The position numbers and the translations under genes are program-made. From the NCBI RefSeq assembly GCF_009914755.1, contig NC_060934.1: a stretch of 64,000 nt of DNA. One strand, 5' to 3'. Positions 28,898 to 42,541 of this stretch are shown one piece after another. The stretch is from the human T2T-CHM13v2.0 reference genome, Homo sapiens. Numbering within the stretch: the stretch's first letter is position 1; each line of letters opens with the position of its first letter. The notes below the pieces were generated by a model that ran no database searches, had not been told where the DNA came from, and saw only the letters and a list, made by a program, of their open reading frames with translations.

Positions 28898-29239
28898 GAA
28901 AACATGTTCCCACATGTGGACATACTCCCTTGGGTTGGATCTGGCCTCTTTAGAAGGAAATAAGATACTTGCTTATTTTGGTCTGAACCCCAGACTTTAT
29001 TCAGAAAGCTTATACTTGAATTATCTTCTTGAACATCTTATCACTTCGTCAGCTTACACTGAGTTTGTGGTCAACTGAGTTCCAAGGCATATTCTAATAA
29101 TCTCTTCTTAAACCAGGTCTCCCTCATTGTATCTTTCAAAAATGAATTTACTTTTTGACAACCCTGATGATAGATCATACATTATACATAATAAATATTC
29201 TTAATTGAGTTTGATACAAACACGACCGAGTGCTTTGGG

Positions 29240-30066
<827 letters not shown>

Positions 30067-30934
30067 ACCTTGCCTACCCTTTCTGTTTTCGCTTATTATT
30101 ATTTTTTTATGAGAAGAAACCTGGTAGACCTAACATAGGGGTCTTCCAGAGAGGTGCATACTGTGAAGTTGTGGGGTTATTCTTTTTTTAGGAAGATGAG
30201 GGAACGGGCCTCATAGGAATCAAACAGAAAATGTTACTGCCTTTGTTTCCGATTTTATGGGCAATAGCTGTTTTTGATGGTGTAGTTAAACTCCACAGGA
30301 GGCAGTTTAAATGGCAGAATTAAATGTAGTTTGGTGAAAATGTTTATCAAGTATTTTCTTAAACAGTTTATAATTTGCACATTTCTTTTCTAAATGGCGC
30401 TTCTTCATTAGTGCAGACTAGAGCTTGCTACAGACTGCTAATGAATTATGACACATCTATTATTCATGGATCTTACAAATTTAGGTGACATTCTGAAGGT
30501 CACCCTATGGTTTATAATCCCAAATGATCTTGTTGAAGAAGCTCCATAATGTCACCAACTGTAACCATAGTCACCTGATTTTTGCCAGGTCGTGACCATG
30601 CTTTGTTTGCAATGGATATGTATTTCAGTGATATCACAGCCTCCTGAGAGAAGGCACAGTGCTCAGACAAGCTGTAATGGCTATTCTGTGTGGTTTCATG
30701 TGGCCATGCCTAGTATAGGTTGTGCCCCATGGTTGATGAAATAAGATGCCTAGCTCATCTTCTCCCCCACACTGCTCCTGGTCTTCCTGCATGCTGGCCT
30801 CAGTGTATTGTTTTCTGAAACAAATCATTTCTTGATTTGCTTATATTTACCAAGATTTTGACAGAATTGAAGACAGTTGGAGGAACTTGGGATAATAGTA
30901 ATGTAGGGATTGTAAGGCATTCGGGAAAATAAAT

Positions 30935-31168
30935 AGCAACAGCAAATACTTTTATGCTCCAGGCAGTGGGCTAAATGCTTTTCATGTGTTATCTCATTTA
31001 ATCCCCACAACAACCCTATGGAGATGGGAACTGTTTTACAGGTGAGAAAACTAAGGGCAGAAATGTCAAATTGTCCAACATCACTGAGTTGTTCAGTGAT
31101 AAAACTGTGATGCCAGCCGTTGTCCTATGGTCCCAGAGCCCCCGCTCCTGATCACTATGCAGTGCCAC
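30935..31168 (-). mobile_element. MIR, near full length
   Basis: ttatctcatttaatccccacaacaaccctatg...ttttacaggtgagaaaactaagg. Confidence 0.85.
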
Positions 31169-31319
31169 CACATAGCTTTTCGCTGATGGAGACCATGCCA
31201 AACATGAATTCTAACTGTGTGTTCAGAGATGGTGTTCAGCAATTTTAATGTGATTAGATGCAACCGTGTGATACTGCTGATATCTGACTATTTTTACATA
31301 AAAAGATGTGGTGATTTGG

Positions 31320-31640
31320 GTTATGAAAAACTGAGAGACTGAGGAAATGACAACAATTGCAAGCAACTGAGAAGACCTGCTGAATCGATGCAACATGATA
31401 CATTGGATTGGACCCTGGAACAGATAAAAGACATCAGTGAAAATACTGGTGACATCTGAATAAGGTCTATAGTTTAGCTCATAGTGGTGAACCAATGTAA
31501 ATTTCCTGGTTTTGATAATTGCACTAGGTAAGATGTTAATTTTAGGGGAAGCAAGGTGAAGGGTATGTGAAAATACTCTGCAGTATATTTGCAACTTTTC
31601 TGTAAATCTAGAATTATTGCAAAATACAGTTCTATTTAGA
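31320..31640 (+). mobile_element. L1MC4/5-type 3'UTR
   Basis: ggattggaccctggaacagataaaagacat...aatttcctggttttgataattg...ttgcaacttttctgtaaatcta. Confidence 0.8.
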
Positions 31641-31789
31641 AAGTCAAATCAACAGATAATTTCATGTGGTTTAACCTTAATTATATATTTACAAAGATCT
31701 TAAATATTTGTAACAATCACTTCTTATTTAATTATAGAAACATGTATGCTTTCTTTAATTATCATCCTGTAACCACCAGCCTTCTCCCT

Positions 31790-32135
31790 ACTCCCCAGCT
31801 CTAGGCAACCACTAATCTACTTTGTCTGTCTATCAGTCTCCCTGCTCTGGACGTTTTACATGAATGGAATTCTGTAATATGTGGTCTTTTGTGACTGACA
31901 TCTTTGATTTAGCGTAATGTTTTCAAGGATCATTCGTCTATCATCACTTTGTTCCTTTTTATGGACAAACAATATTCCATTGCATAGATATACCCCATTT
32001 TGTTCATTCATCTCTTAGGTGATGCATATTTGAGTTGTTCACACCTTTTGGCTATTATGAATAATGCTACTGTAACATTAGTGTGCCAATTTCTTTGTGG
32101 GAAAATATTTTCATTTCTTTTAGATATATACTTAG
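31790..32135 (-). mobile_element. L1MB-type 3'UTR fragment
   Basis: ctaggcaaccactaatctactt...atgtggtcttttgtgactg...ttggctattatgaataatgct. Confidence 0.8.
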
Positions 32136-34789
32136 TTTTAATTCAATTACTTCTAACTCGACCCCGGAGGAAAGTCTCTTGGAGAGAAGGAATAAAAGAA
32201 CCTGAACGTGCTAAAAAATTCAAATTATTTTCAGAGATTACTACCTCTGTGAGTCTCAGTTTATTAGCATCCTTTATAGATAAGCTGTGCCTGTAAGAAA
32301 AGAGGGGTAGTAAACAAACACGTATACACACACATGCTTGCACAAGCATGTCGTCAAAAGTGTCTCCTTCAAAGAAGACTTCTGGAGAAAAAAAGCATAA
32401 ACCTTCTCAAGCTATTGCCATTGCTCGGGAAATTGGGTAATTCATCTTTAGGAATTTCTTCTGACTGATATTTGGTCATACTAGAAAAACTGACCATTTC
32501 TAACAGCTTTTGCCCCTGCTTAAACAAGATTGCTTCTGGCCATCTCTAAAAATTAAATTTCCCCTGGAAACTATTCTTTCATGATGTGTTTTTGGAATAT
32601 TGGCTGTGGTTAGGAGGGTAAGCTCCTCAGGGGCCAAGCCTGTTTCCTCCTTTCTGGCAGAGCACCTTCATACAACGCAAGTACTCAACGTGTTTGCTAA
32701 ACTGACATCAATTGAAATCATTGAATCATAGCACTTTTTTGGAGGACGTGTCTGTCTTCTCAATCGCTCAGTTTTCTTTTGGAAAAAGGCAGGTTATAGA
32801 GCAATTCATTAATCATTTGCTGTCCCAATGTTCCTTCCTGCTTTTAATAGCAAAAATGAGTCAAGACCTGATCTTCTGAACACATCACTTGCTGCCTACA
32901 TGAGGCAGTGGAGACTTAGAGTACCCCTGTGGCCTGCTCCTCCTACATCTCTTCTTTTGATCCCTAGTCCTTGCTGACCTTCTGTAGAGGCTTATTCACC
33001 CAGCTGGTGGGTTGAGGTGATGCTTTCTTCCTATTTACTGAGAGCTTCCCCACCTCTCCCTAGATACTGCATAAATGCAAGGAAATTTCCAAGAGGCCCC
33101 TTCAAGTATAACCACAGCTTTTCAATCATTTGACATTTTGGTCATAGAGCAGAACCAAATTATGTAGTCAACTATAGACACCATGCCTGATTGAAACTTG
33201 TATCAAAAATCCCAAGAACTCCAATAACTCTTAGTTTTACTTTGTACTGTTTTTAAGGAGGCTGATTTACAGCAGCCTTTTTTCTGAATTTTATTTGAGG
33301 AAAAATATGCCCTCCTGCCATCATTCCAGCTCCTGTGACACTGAGGCCTTTGGTTCCCTTACTTATATCAGGGTATCTGGGGCTTGGTTGTTAATTTGGT
33401 GTAATGTGATTAATTGAGACAGGCATACACTCAGGCCTAAAAGATAATCAAATCCAGAAGGGGAAACTGAGGTCCTGAAAGGGAAAAATGGGCATTTACA
33501 CTAGAGTCAAAAGTGGATATCAGGGGTTTGGTCCTGTTATAGAAAAGTTCTTTTTCTGACATTTCTTGATGTTCTATCTAGCCTAGTGGACTAGCACTAA
33601 GTACTGGGTGACTGCTCAGTAAATGCCTCTGGTGGGCAGATGGCACAGAAGTGCTTAGGGGATGTTCTGCCTCATACAGAGCATCCAACTCTCCTACATG
33701 GATGGAGACTCACATGATCCTGGTCCCTGCAGAGAAAATCTGTGCATTTACCACAACTTTGACTCCTAAGAAGCTCTGACTTTTTGACTAAAGTCAATGG
33801 GGGTATTTTGTCAGCAGGCACCTTTAACCAGGCTACACTTACAAATTCTTGTAAATCAAATTTTGTACAAGTAGATACTTTTATAACCCATCATATTTTA
33901 ACCTCAACAAAGTGGATTCTTTACATCCAGAAATGAAACAATAATGACTACATTATTCCAAAAAAAATTTTTTTAGTAGTTAGATCCAGGTGGATTTGAT
34001 GGCCTGATTTTGTCCCTTATACTTTGATATATAGTATCCCTTTATTTATTTACCACAAGAAAAAAACCCTTAAAAGGAGGGAAGGAGGGCATCTTTAATA
34101 GCCAAGCTTAAAATTAAAGGCGACTGAAATATTAATTCTTAAACAGCGCTCTGGTTTCCTGAGTAGCCAAGAAAGCACTATTTAGCTCTTTTTTTAGACT
34201 TTACAGGAATAGGAAGTGCTATGTATCAACATTTAATTTAGAAACTATGAATGCTTTCAGATATGCCATCTTAAATGTTTTTACTTAGGGTGAGGGTTAT
34301 TTCAGTGACATTTACTTTGTTTTTGGGCATAATTAGAGGATGAGGATCTCATATAAGTGCATTTTAAAATAACGAAAGCTTGCTCATTTAAGAGCCTATA
34401 TTTTTTATTTCAAATGTTTCTGAAGTAAATCTTTTAAAAATGTAATTGTCCAATCATTTCCTTTTGTAAACAAAAGTGTTTAATAGACATATAACTCTTC
34501 CTAATGGTCCATGGCAGGACGCCCAAGTGAATCTTTGTGTCTGGGAAACTTAGATTTGAAGAGAACCCCAGTTCACCCAGTCCATCTCCCTCATCTTCCT
34601 GCCCGATTTATAGAAGAAAGATTTGAGGAGCTACTTCCAGCCAAATGCCCTGAGATTTCTTCGGTACTCTTCTCCTTCCAGACATCCATGACCTGGAGCT
34701 TTGCTTTCATTATAGAAGTGCTCAGTTGCTCAGGCTTTGCCCTCAACAAGCTGCAACCCACTCTCTTTCTAGGGTTCACCTCAAGGAGC

Positions 34790-35170
34790 TGCTGACTGGC
34801 CCCCAATGCAGCCCCACAATGTACCCCTACAGCTCTTGCACACCCACTTTTCTGTCTGGGATTCCTTTCCATCTGGTCCACCTTAGATGGCCGATAGCCA
34901 CCTTGCTTTATCTGTCATAGGTCATATTTAAGGATAATTTCCTCTGGGGAACTTTCCAACTCCCCCAGGCGGAAATAGTTCCTCCCTACATTACATCCTT
35001 GATTTTCTCTATGAGTTCTCCTCTCTCAGCTCTTGGCCACATTTGTACCATACCTTGAGTGTCCATCTGTCTTTGCTCACTCACTCATTGAGCTTAAGGA
35101 TTCAATCCAACTCATCTTTCCTGTTCCCAATCTGATAACTAGCAGCTCTCTATGGGGATAAATTAATTGT
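34790..35170 (+). mobile_element. L2 fragment, highly diverged
   Basis: ttcctctggggaactttccaactcccccaggc and surrounding pyrimidine-rich L2-like sequence. Confidence 0.45.
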
Positions 35171-35679
35171 GGGACAAAGAAGATACTCTAAATCCACATC
35201 ACTCACTCACTTCCAATCCCTCTCAGATGAGCTTCTTTTAATTTAATTCTTATCAAGTTCTTTTAATTTAATTTTTGTCAAATACTTGATATCTTGAATG
35301 ATGAGGAGAGAATTGGAGAGTCTCTGTGTGTGTGTCTCTGTGTGTAGGAAGACAAGTCACATATTCTCACCCTGAGACATAGTTTTTTTCTGCCAGCCAA
35401 GGAGAAGGAGCTTCCTGCCCATCAGAGACCCCACCCTTTTTACCTGGCAGGGTGTGCTGTGAGGCATTGCCCAGAGTGTCTTGTGCAACTTGGGGAAACG
35501 TTGAAATCACAACCTACAGCTAACAGGAACTACTGAACCTTACAGAGTTTTGTAGCCCATGCCTAATATTAATATACTCTGTCTCCTAGATCACCTCAAA
35601 GTAGTGAATTTTAGCTCTTTTGTCTGCATGTCTGCACCATGCGTATTTGTTGCCATTTGTTTTCATTGCCATTGTGAAG

Positions 35680-35858
35680 CCACACTGCCTGTGCTTACAT
35701 TTCGCCTTCATTACTTGATCATTCAACCTCTCAGTTCTTCTGTTTCCTCACTGATAAAAATGGTGGTGTAAAGACTAAATGGATTATTGTACAGAAAATG
35801 TTGGGAAGAGGGCCGGTAGCACCAACACAGCCTGAAGCATGCTCGCTATTATTACTGT
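35680..35858 (+). mobile_element. MIR
   Basis: ttcaacctctcagttcttctgtttcctcactgataaaatgg...gctattattact. Confidence 0.6.
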
Positions 35859-36798
35859 TAAGATGACTGTCCAACTTGGAACCCTCACTTCCTGACTCAC
35901 TGTTATTGTCTTGGGATTTGCTTTGTCTACCCTCTGGTAGCTGGTAGAATCAGACTGGCTCAATTGACTGTAATAAGTAAGGCCAGAGTGATTAGGCTTT
36001 TAGTAAGGACTCTAAAAAAAAAAAAAAAACTAAAAAATCTATATGTGCTCTGGAGCACATATAATTTTAGGCTGTGGGTTAGCATCCAGGGGCCCTCTTT
36101 TTTCCTTTCTGATTCATGCCTCTGTTAAGAATAGTCGAAGTTGCCAGAAAAGTGATTTTTGTATAAGTAAGAGAGGTGAGATCATGTTAAATTAGGAATC
36201 AGAGTCAAGAAAAGATGAGAAGCTTTATTTAGAATGAGATTTGGGCTGAAAATGACTGTAGATGTTTTTCTTTTTTAATAGTGTGAGAAATACAGCCACA
36301 GGTTTGAAATGGAACTATTTAAACGTTTATTTTAGCCTAGTTGAAAAAAGAAGAGAGCCAGTCTCTTCCTAGACCTGAACAATTTATCTTTAGGATGTAT
36401 AAAGAAAGTGAGAGACTGCATGACCTTGTTTTCTCTGAAATTTTCGCTACCTTGCTTTCTGTCTCTTTTTTGCTTTTTTTGAGGGGGGATAATGTGTATT
36501 GTTAATGCTGAAAATAGTAAATGATTTTTTTTTCTTTGCAATAGATGTGGAAAGTTAATAAAAAACAGGCATCATAGCCTATGCAAGTGTGTTACAGAGT
36601 ACAGCTAGGTGAGTGACTCCTGATGAGCCTTTTCTCCATAGTTCTGGAATCCCATAGACTGATCATATCTAGATCCAGAGTTGCCTATAGTTGGTCCTTC
36701 AAACAGGCTGGCCTGTCCGCAGAACATTTACAGACACAGTCTGGCCTCTAGGCAAAGTTCTCAACTGAGTGTCCTGCTTAAAGGCAAGTTGTGAATTT

Positions 36799-37092
36799 CT
36801 TTTTAATTTTTATTTTATTGTAAATTGACAACTTATAATTTCATGTATTTATGAGGTACAAAGTGATGTTTGATTTATGAATGCAATGTGCAATACTTAA
36901 ATAAATGTAACAAATATATCAATACATCAAACACTTATTTTTTGTGGTGAGAACATTTAAAATTATGAAAAGATGAAATATTGAATTATGAAATTATGAA
37001 ATATACAATACTGTATTCTTAACCATATTTACCATGCTGTGCAATAGACCTCAAAACCACTGTAACAACGACAACAATGTCTCCTATCTGAG
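36799..37092 (-). mobile_element. L1MA6-8-type 3' end
   Basis: gtatttatgaggtacaaagtgatg...ttttgtggtgagaacatttaaaat...accatgctgtgcaatagacctc. Confidence 0.8.
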
Positions 37093-37204
37093 GTTGAGTT
37101 TGGTTCTTGAAATTTGTCTCTCTCTTTCTTTCTCTATTGACTTATCTAGCTCCCTGAATATTTTTACTGATTTCACAAAAAAAGTTATAAAATGATGGAA
37201 GGTT

Positions 37205-37400
37205 TTATCTGCCTTGCTCATTTAATCTTCACAATAGCCATGTTAGATACACATCATTACCCTTATTCTAAAGATAAATAAATGGAGGCATGAAAAATAT
37301 AAATAAGTTACCCAACTTTATAGCCAGAAAGTGTTAAAGTGAGAACTATAGCAGGGTCTTTCTGACCCTGGGGATCTTGTGTTCTTGGCTACTCACTACC
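37205..37400 (-). mobile_element. MIR
   Basis: ctcatttaatcttcacaatagcc...aaatggaggca...tctgacc. Confidence 0.65.
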
Positions 37401-39375
37401 TAGAAACCCTAAATAAATTAAGTTCTAAACTTATGAGATTTTTGCCAAATGATACATAGCTGCCAAAAAAGAACCACTTGAATTTGGACAAATATATTCC
37501 TGTAAATATACAGGGAGGCTTCTTTATCTTTTGACTTGTTATCAGCTTGACTCTCTTATTGATAAAGTGGCACCATGTTGAGAAAGAGTGAAAATAAAGT
37601 TTTATGTGTTACAGTATTTCTAAAATTTGGAATGACGTTTCTGAAAACACGAGCACCTCTTGTCCTCCTTTCTGCCATCCTTGAATAGAAATGATATGGC
37701 TGGAAATTCAGGGTAATGGAGAAAGAACCCTGTGCTATTTGTCACGACCTCTACTTCTGTGATTCCTCCCCCTAAATACAAAGATAATGTTTTAAGGGAA
37801 TATGACACAGTTACTTCCTAAAATAAATGAAGAATTTTAATGTAAATGAACGTATTATTTTAAAGAAAGATGGATTATGATGGTCTGTTGGATAAATTCA
37901 GGAAAAGAACTCTTTGCCTAAAATTACCCAGCCTGTTCAAGATGCAGTGATATATATGGAACAGCTCCTCCACAGAAAGTCCGAGCCGTTTCTTCTCCCA
38001 GAAAGTGACCCAGTAAAAATGCTAAATATACACCCAGGTCCTCTCTAACTGTATAGGCAATAATGGAAAGAGATGACTCAGCCTTGTAACGACAGGAGAC
38101 CCGTGGAAATGGTTTCTTTTACTGGAGTTGGTCTAAATTTCTGTTTTGTTAAAAGTTTTAGGCTATTTAAAATCAATAGTAATATTTAACCTATATTTTA
38201 CAAAAAAGAAATACATTTGTTTCTTTAAAGAAGTTCAGAGATAGCTGACTAATGAGCTTATTAACCCAGGGTTTATAATAGAATGCTGAAATTATACACA
38301 GGATAAGATGCATGATACCTCCTTGGCTTTGGTTTTCTTATTTTTTCAGGGAATCACATAAGTCAAGTTAGATATTAAATTTGCCTGTATACATTTATTT
38401 TTAAAGAAGATGTTTCAGGATATTTCAATTGTACTGTCTACAAAGAATACCTCTGGCATCCAAAATGGAATTACCTCTTTTGAGGGACCAAATTGCACAG
38501 AAAACCAGGATAAGATTCTATCTAGTCATACAAATGCAAGAAGGTTTGCTTGGCATTTCTGTGGACTAATATTGAATTCCATGGAGTCAGTTGCCAAGAG
38601 CTGGAGATTCAGGGTCATGGATATGCTTCCCACAGCTCCTTCTCTGCATACGGGGAGTCTCATTACTGCCTGTCTGTATTCCTGCACATGCCTCCGTACC
38701 CATGTTTCTGCCTGTTTCTTCTTCTTCTTCCCTTTTTTTCATTTGCTGAAATAATGGATGCCAGTTTAACTTACTTTGTTTTGAAGCACTACGATCAAAA
38801 TCTGTTCCAGTGTACCTACAGCATCCCCACTGCCATGATGTAATATTTGTCTCCATCATTCCAGTTACTCTACAGACAGTTCCAACTGGTAAATTCTCTG
38901 GTGCTCGATGCCTCAGTGAAACTTACCCATCTGCTCTGTGTAACTCCAGTAAACCCTAGATTCCACCACCACAGTTTAGTCTGGCTGCAGGACATTCTTC
39001 CTCTTACACCCTCTTGCTCCTGGTGACATCATAATCATCTTCTAACATTGGTCCTCAATTTCACCCACCTCCCAGATACTTTCAAAGGAGTTGTATGAGA
39101 GAGGGATGGGGCATAGACTAAGGGACACATATTGGATCTGCCATTGTACCTGTAAGCAATTGACTTGATCAATGTCTTGGTTTCCTCAGTTTTAAACTTG
39201 GAAGAAATAGTCCCTCAAAGAGAGAATTCAGGAACATACCCTACATGAACTGCTTTCTGCAGAGTAGACAGTAATGAGGGGTCAATTCCTGTTTTCTTCC
39301 CAACACTCACTGCTTTCCTCATTAGGATTGCGTGTCCTCTGGTGCTACTAGAGAACTGAACATTGCATCGTTTGA

Positions 39376-39734
<359 letters not shown>

Positions 39735-39799
39735 TGTGCTTACTTCATGTGACCGTTTTATAACAACCCCCCAACTCCAAGCAGGAATATATGTTTTGC

Positions 39800-39975
39800 T
39801 TCTTTCTGTTCCTAGCAGTATGACCTTGAGTAAGTCATTCTCAAGGTCATACTGTGGTTCAGTCTCATCGGTAAAATGAGGCTAACAATAGCACTGACTC
39901 TTGAGTTGCTGTGAGGATTATATGAATTCACACACGTATTTAGAATAGTGCCTCACATGGAGTAAGTGCTCTATC
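39800..39975 (+). mobile_element. MIR
   Basis: tgaccttgagtaagtca...gtaaaatgagg...gtgaggatta...tagaatagtgcct. Confidence 0.8.
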
Positions 39976-41544
39976 CCTTTATGTTTAATAGTAACTGATT
40001 TTTTAATTATAAAACCTTGGTCCTCTGTGGTTCTTATACCAAACTTTTTGCATGGGTAGGGCACTGATCTTCTTCATAGCAGTCAGAAATCCCATCATTT
40101 TAGCCAAGTTAGTTTTTTCCCCTTGGCATTTGGTTTGCTGCTGGCATAGTATTTGCTTTTCCTGCTTTTGCTTATGGCACAGATGCATGAGTTAGCATGA
40201 CTCGGACTGGTATGTTAGTGTGTTTTTGCTCCGTAGTTTGTCTTCACAGATACTTGGTCAAACTTGGCCATTACACAGTCTGATGATAGCTCTGTTTCCT
40301 TTATGTTATCATTCTTTCAGTAATGAGAGTTGAATTCTTTCTCTCTCCTGCCTCAGATCCTCAGGTGACATTGCACAAGGGCAGCTGCAGCCAATGCCTT
40401 GTCCAGGCAGTTATATTAGTGTTATTTCTAGACATTGTCTGCCCTGAATACCTGTTAGCTTCCTGATCTTGGCATACTAGTCTGAATGAGATAAAAGGAA
40501 ACATAATGGTCTCCAGTGTATAGGATTATTTGACTAAACAGGAACTTGCCATGTGTTATGTGTGTCAACAAATTCTCATTTTTCATGAGTTCTTTCAACT
40601 CTCTTATTAATTTCCTGTGATACAAGCTAATATTTCTGGCTCTACAACCCAACTTCTTTTTACTACATGATGTCCGCTGTCATTATAACACCTCTTAATC
40701 TCTCTTTCTGTCTCTTCCTCAATCCCCAAATCTGCTCTGTGTTACCTGCTCAGATTTCTCTATAAGAGAATAGATCCTAAGCCAAATATTACTTTGGCAG
40801 TGAAAAAAAAAAAACACATAAGAACACCAAGTGAAAAGCTGGTGAAATGGATTCACGTGGAACTATCTTTAAATCTTGGCACCACAATTTTTACCTTGGG
40901 AAATTATGAACTTTGGTCTCCTATGTTATTTTAAGACAGAATAAGTAGTATACCCAGAGTACCTGTTACCTTTAAACATGGCTCAGTAATTGAAAGGCAT
41001 ATTACTAGAAGTATTTGGAGATAATTATAATACTTGGAATATCAACAGATAAAAATACTAGTTGATTTTTCCCCTGAACTTCAGAGACACTCATTTGACC
41101 TCCAAAATAGAATGCCTTGTTCTTGATACTCATTTTTTCGTTTAATACATTCAGTGTTCCTGCTGCAGGTGCCAAATGCCAGCCTTGAGTTTCGTGCTTT
41201 TAAGTAGAGGTATAGAAAACACAGAGCTTATGGAGCCCACTCTTTCTCAGTTTATGTTACTTTCACTGTGAGCACCTGCTTACTGTTTGGCAAACTAGAC
41301 ATAACTGTTCAGCATCTGACGGATAACCCTGCTGAGGACGGACACTGGCATCCTCCTCCAACACCTCCTTCTGTGTTCCTAGTGTTTGCCCTCAAACAGT
41401 CTCCCTGCAAAGGTGGGAGCACCTGAAACTAGGATTGAAGAATTCAGTTCATCCAAAATTCTGTTCTTTCTTCTGCTGGTGTCATTAGTTTTTGAGGCAA
41501 GTCTAAATCAACCAAATATAGAGTCTGGAATTCTAATATAGTAG

Positions 41545-41645
41545 ATCTGAATGTTGGCTGAACAGTGGAATCGTCTGGAAAACCTTAAAAGGTATAAATG
41601 CCTGGTCCCACCCCAGAGCTCTGGAGCATCTGGATCTGTATGACC
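41545..41645. mobile_element. MER5A/B-like hAT fragment
   Basis: gaatcgtctggaaaaccttaaaaggtataaatgcctggtcccaccccagag. Confidence 0.55.
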
Positions 41646-41999
41646 TGGAAGGCAGCAATTGGCATTAGTTTCTTCCTTGCTTTGCTCCCCGAGGTTGCTT
41701 GCATTGACAGGGGAAACCAATTTCATTTGACATCTGATACTCAGGACTGCCCCGCTATTCTCACCCCCTTCGATGAGATGCATACTAATTAGATGTCAAG
41801 AAAAGATCAAATCCTTCAGACCCTCAATACCACTATTGCGATGTCATTTCAAGTATTTTATCTATCTACTTCATCACAGTGATCTGCTTTAGATGATAGG
41901 TAACTTGTTTTATCTTTGAGATTATATTGGTAGCTTAAATTTCTTGGTTACATCACCTTGAAAGGTGTAGGTTATTGGGAAATTCTGAATAGAATAGCG

Positions 42000-42205
42000 T
42001 TATGGAGAATTGGCTTTCGAACTGATGAATCCTGTATTTGGAATCTACCATCTTTGGCAGGTAACTTGAACTCTTTGGGACTCTTCATCCACATCTGTAA
42101 AGTGGGATTAATAGGGCTGTAGTAATTATTAACTTACATTGGATCAGATATATTTTGTGAAAATCCACACCTAACCCTTGCCTGGAATATATGAAGTTCT
42201 CCCAA
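42000..42205 (+). mobile_element. MIR
   Basis: ttggcaggtaacttgaactct...catctgtaaagtgggattaata. Confidence 0.65.
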
Positions 42206-42258
42206 AATATATACTTTTTACCCCAATGAGTAAGGATAAAAATATTTAACAAGTTTGG

Positions 42259-42541
42259 CTAACACAGGAACAGAAAACCAAACACTGCATGTTCTCACTC
42301 GTAAGTGAGGCGGAACTTTCTGTTCCTACAGGGAGGGGAACGTCACACAACGGGGCCTGTCGGGGGGTGGAGGGCAAGAGGAGGGAGAACATTAGGACAA
42401 ATACCTAATGCATGAGGGGCTTAAAACCTAGATGATGGGTTGATGTGTGCAGCAAACCACCATGGCACAGGTATACCTAAGTAACAAACCTGCATGTTCT
42501 GCACATGTATCCCAGAACTTAAAGTAAAAAAAAAAAAAAAA
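42259..42541 (+). mobile_element. 5'-truncated L1PA7/8-type element
   Basis: ctaacacaggaacagaaaaccaaacactgc...cccagaacttaaagt plus poly-A; TSD tttaacaagtttgg at 42245-42258 and 42543-42556. Confidence 0.92.

Noticed and set aside
32140-32255. Frame TRPRRKVSWREGIKEPERAKKFKLFSEITTS ending at a GTGAGT donor-like site
   Set aside because: No good acceptor outside the adjacent L1 and no recognisable protein; cannot support as an exon.
33622-39348. Other partial CTCF-like strings (near 33625, 35930, 39335)
   Set aside because: Each has mismatches at core positions.
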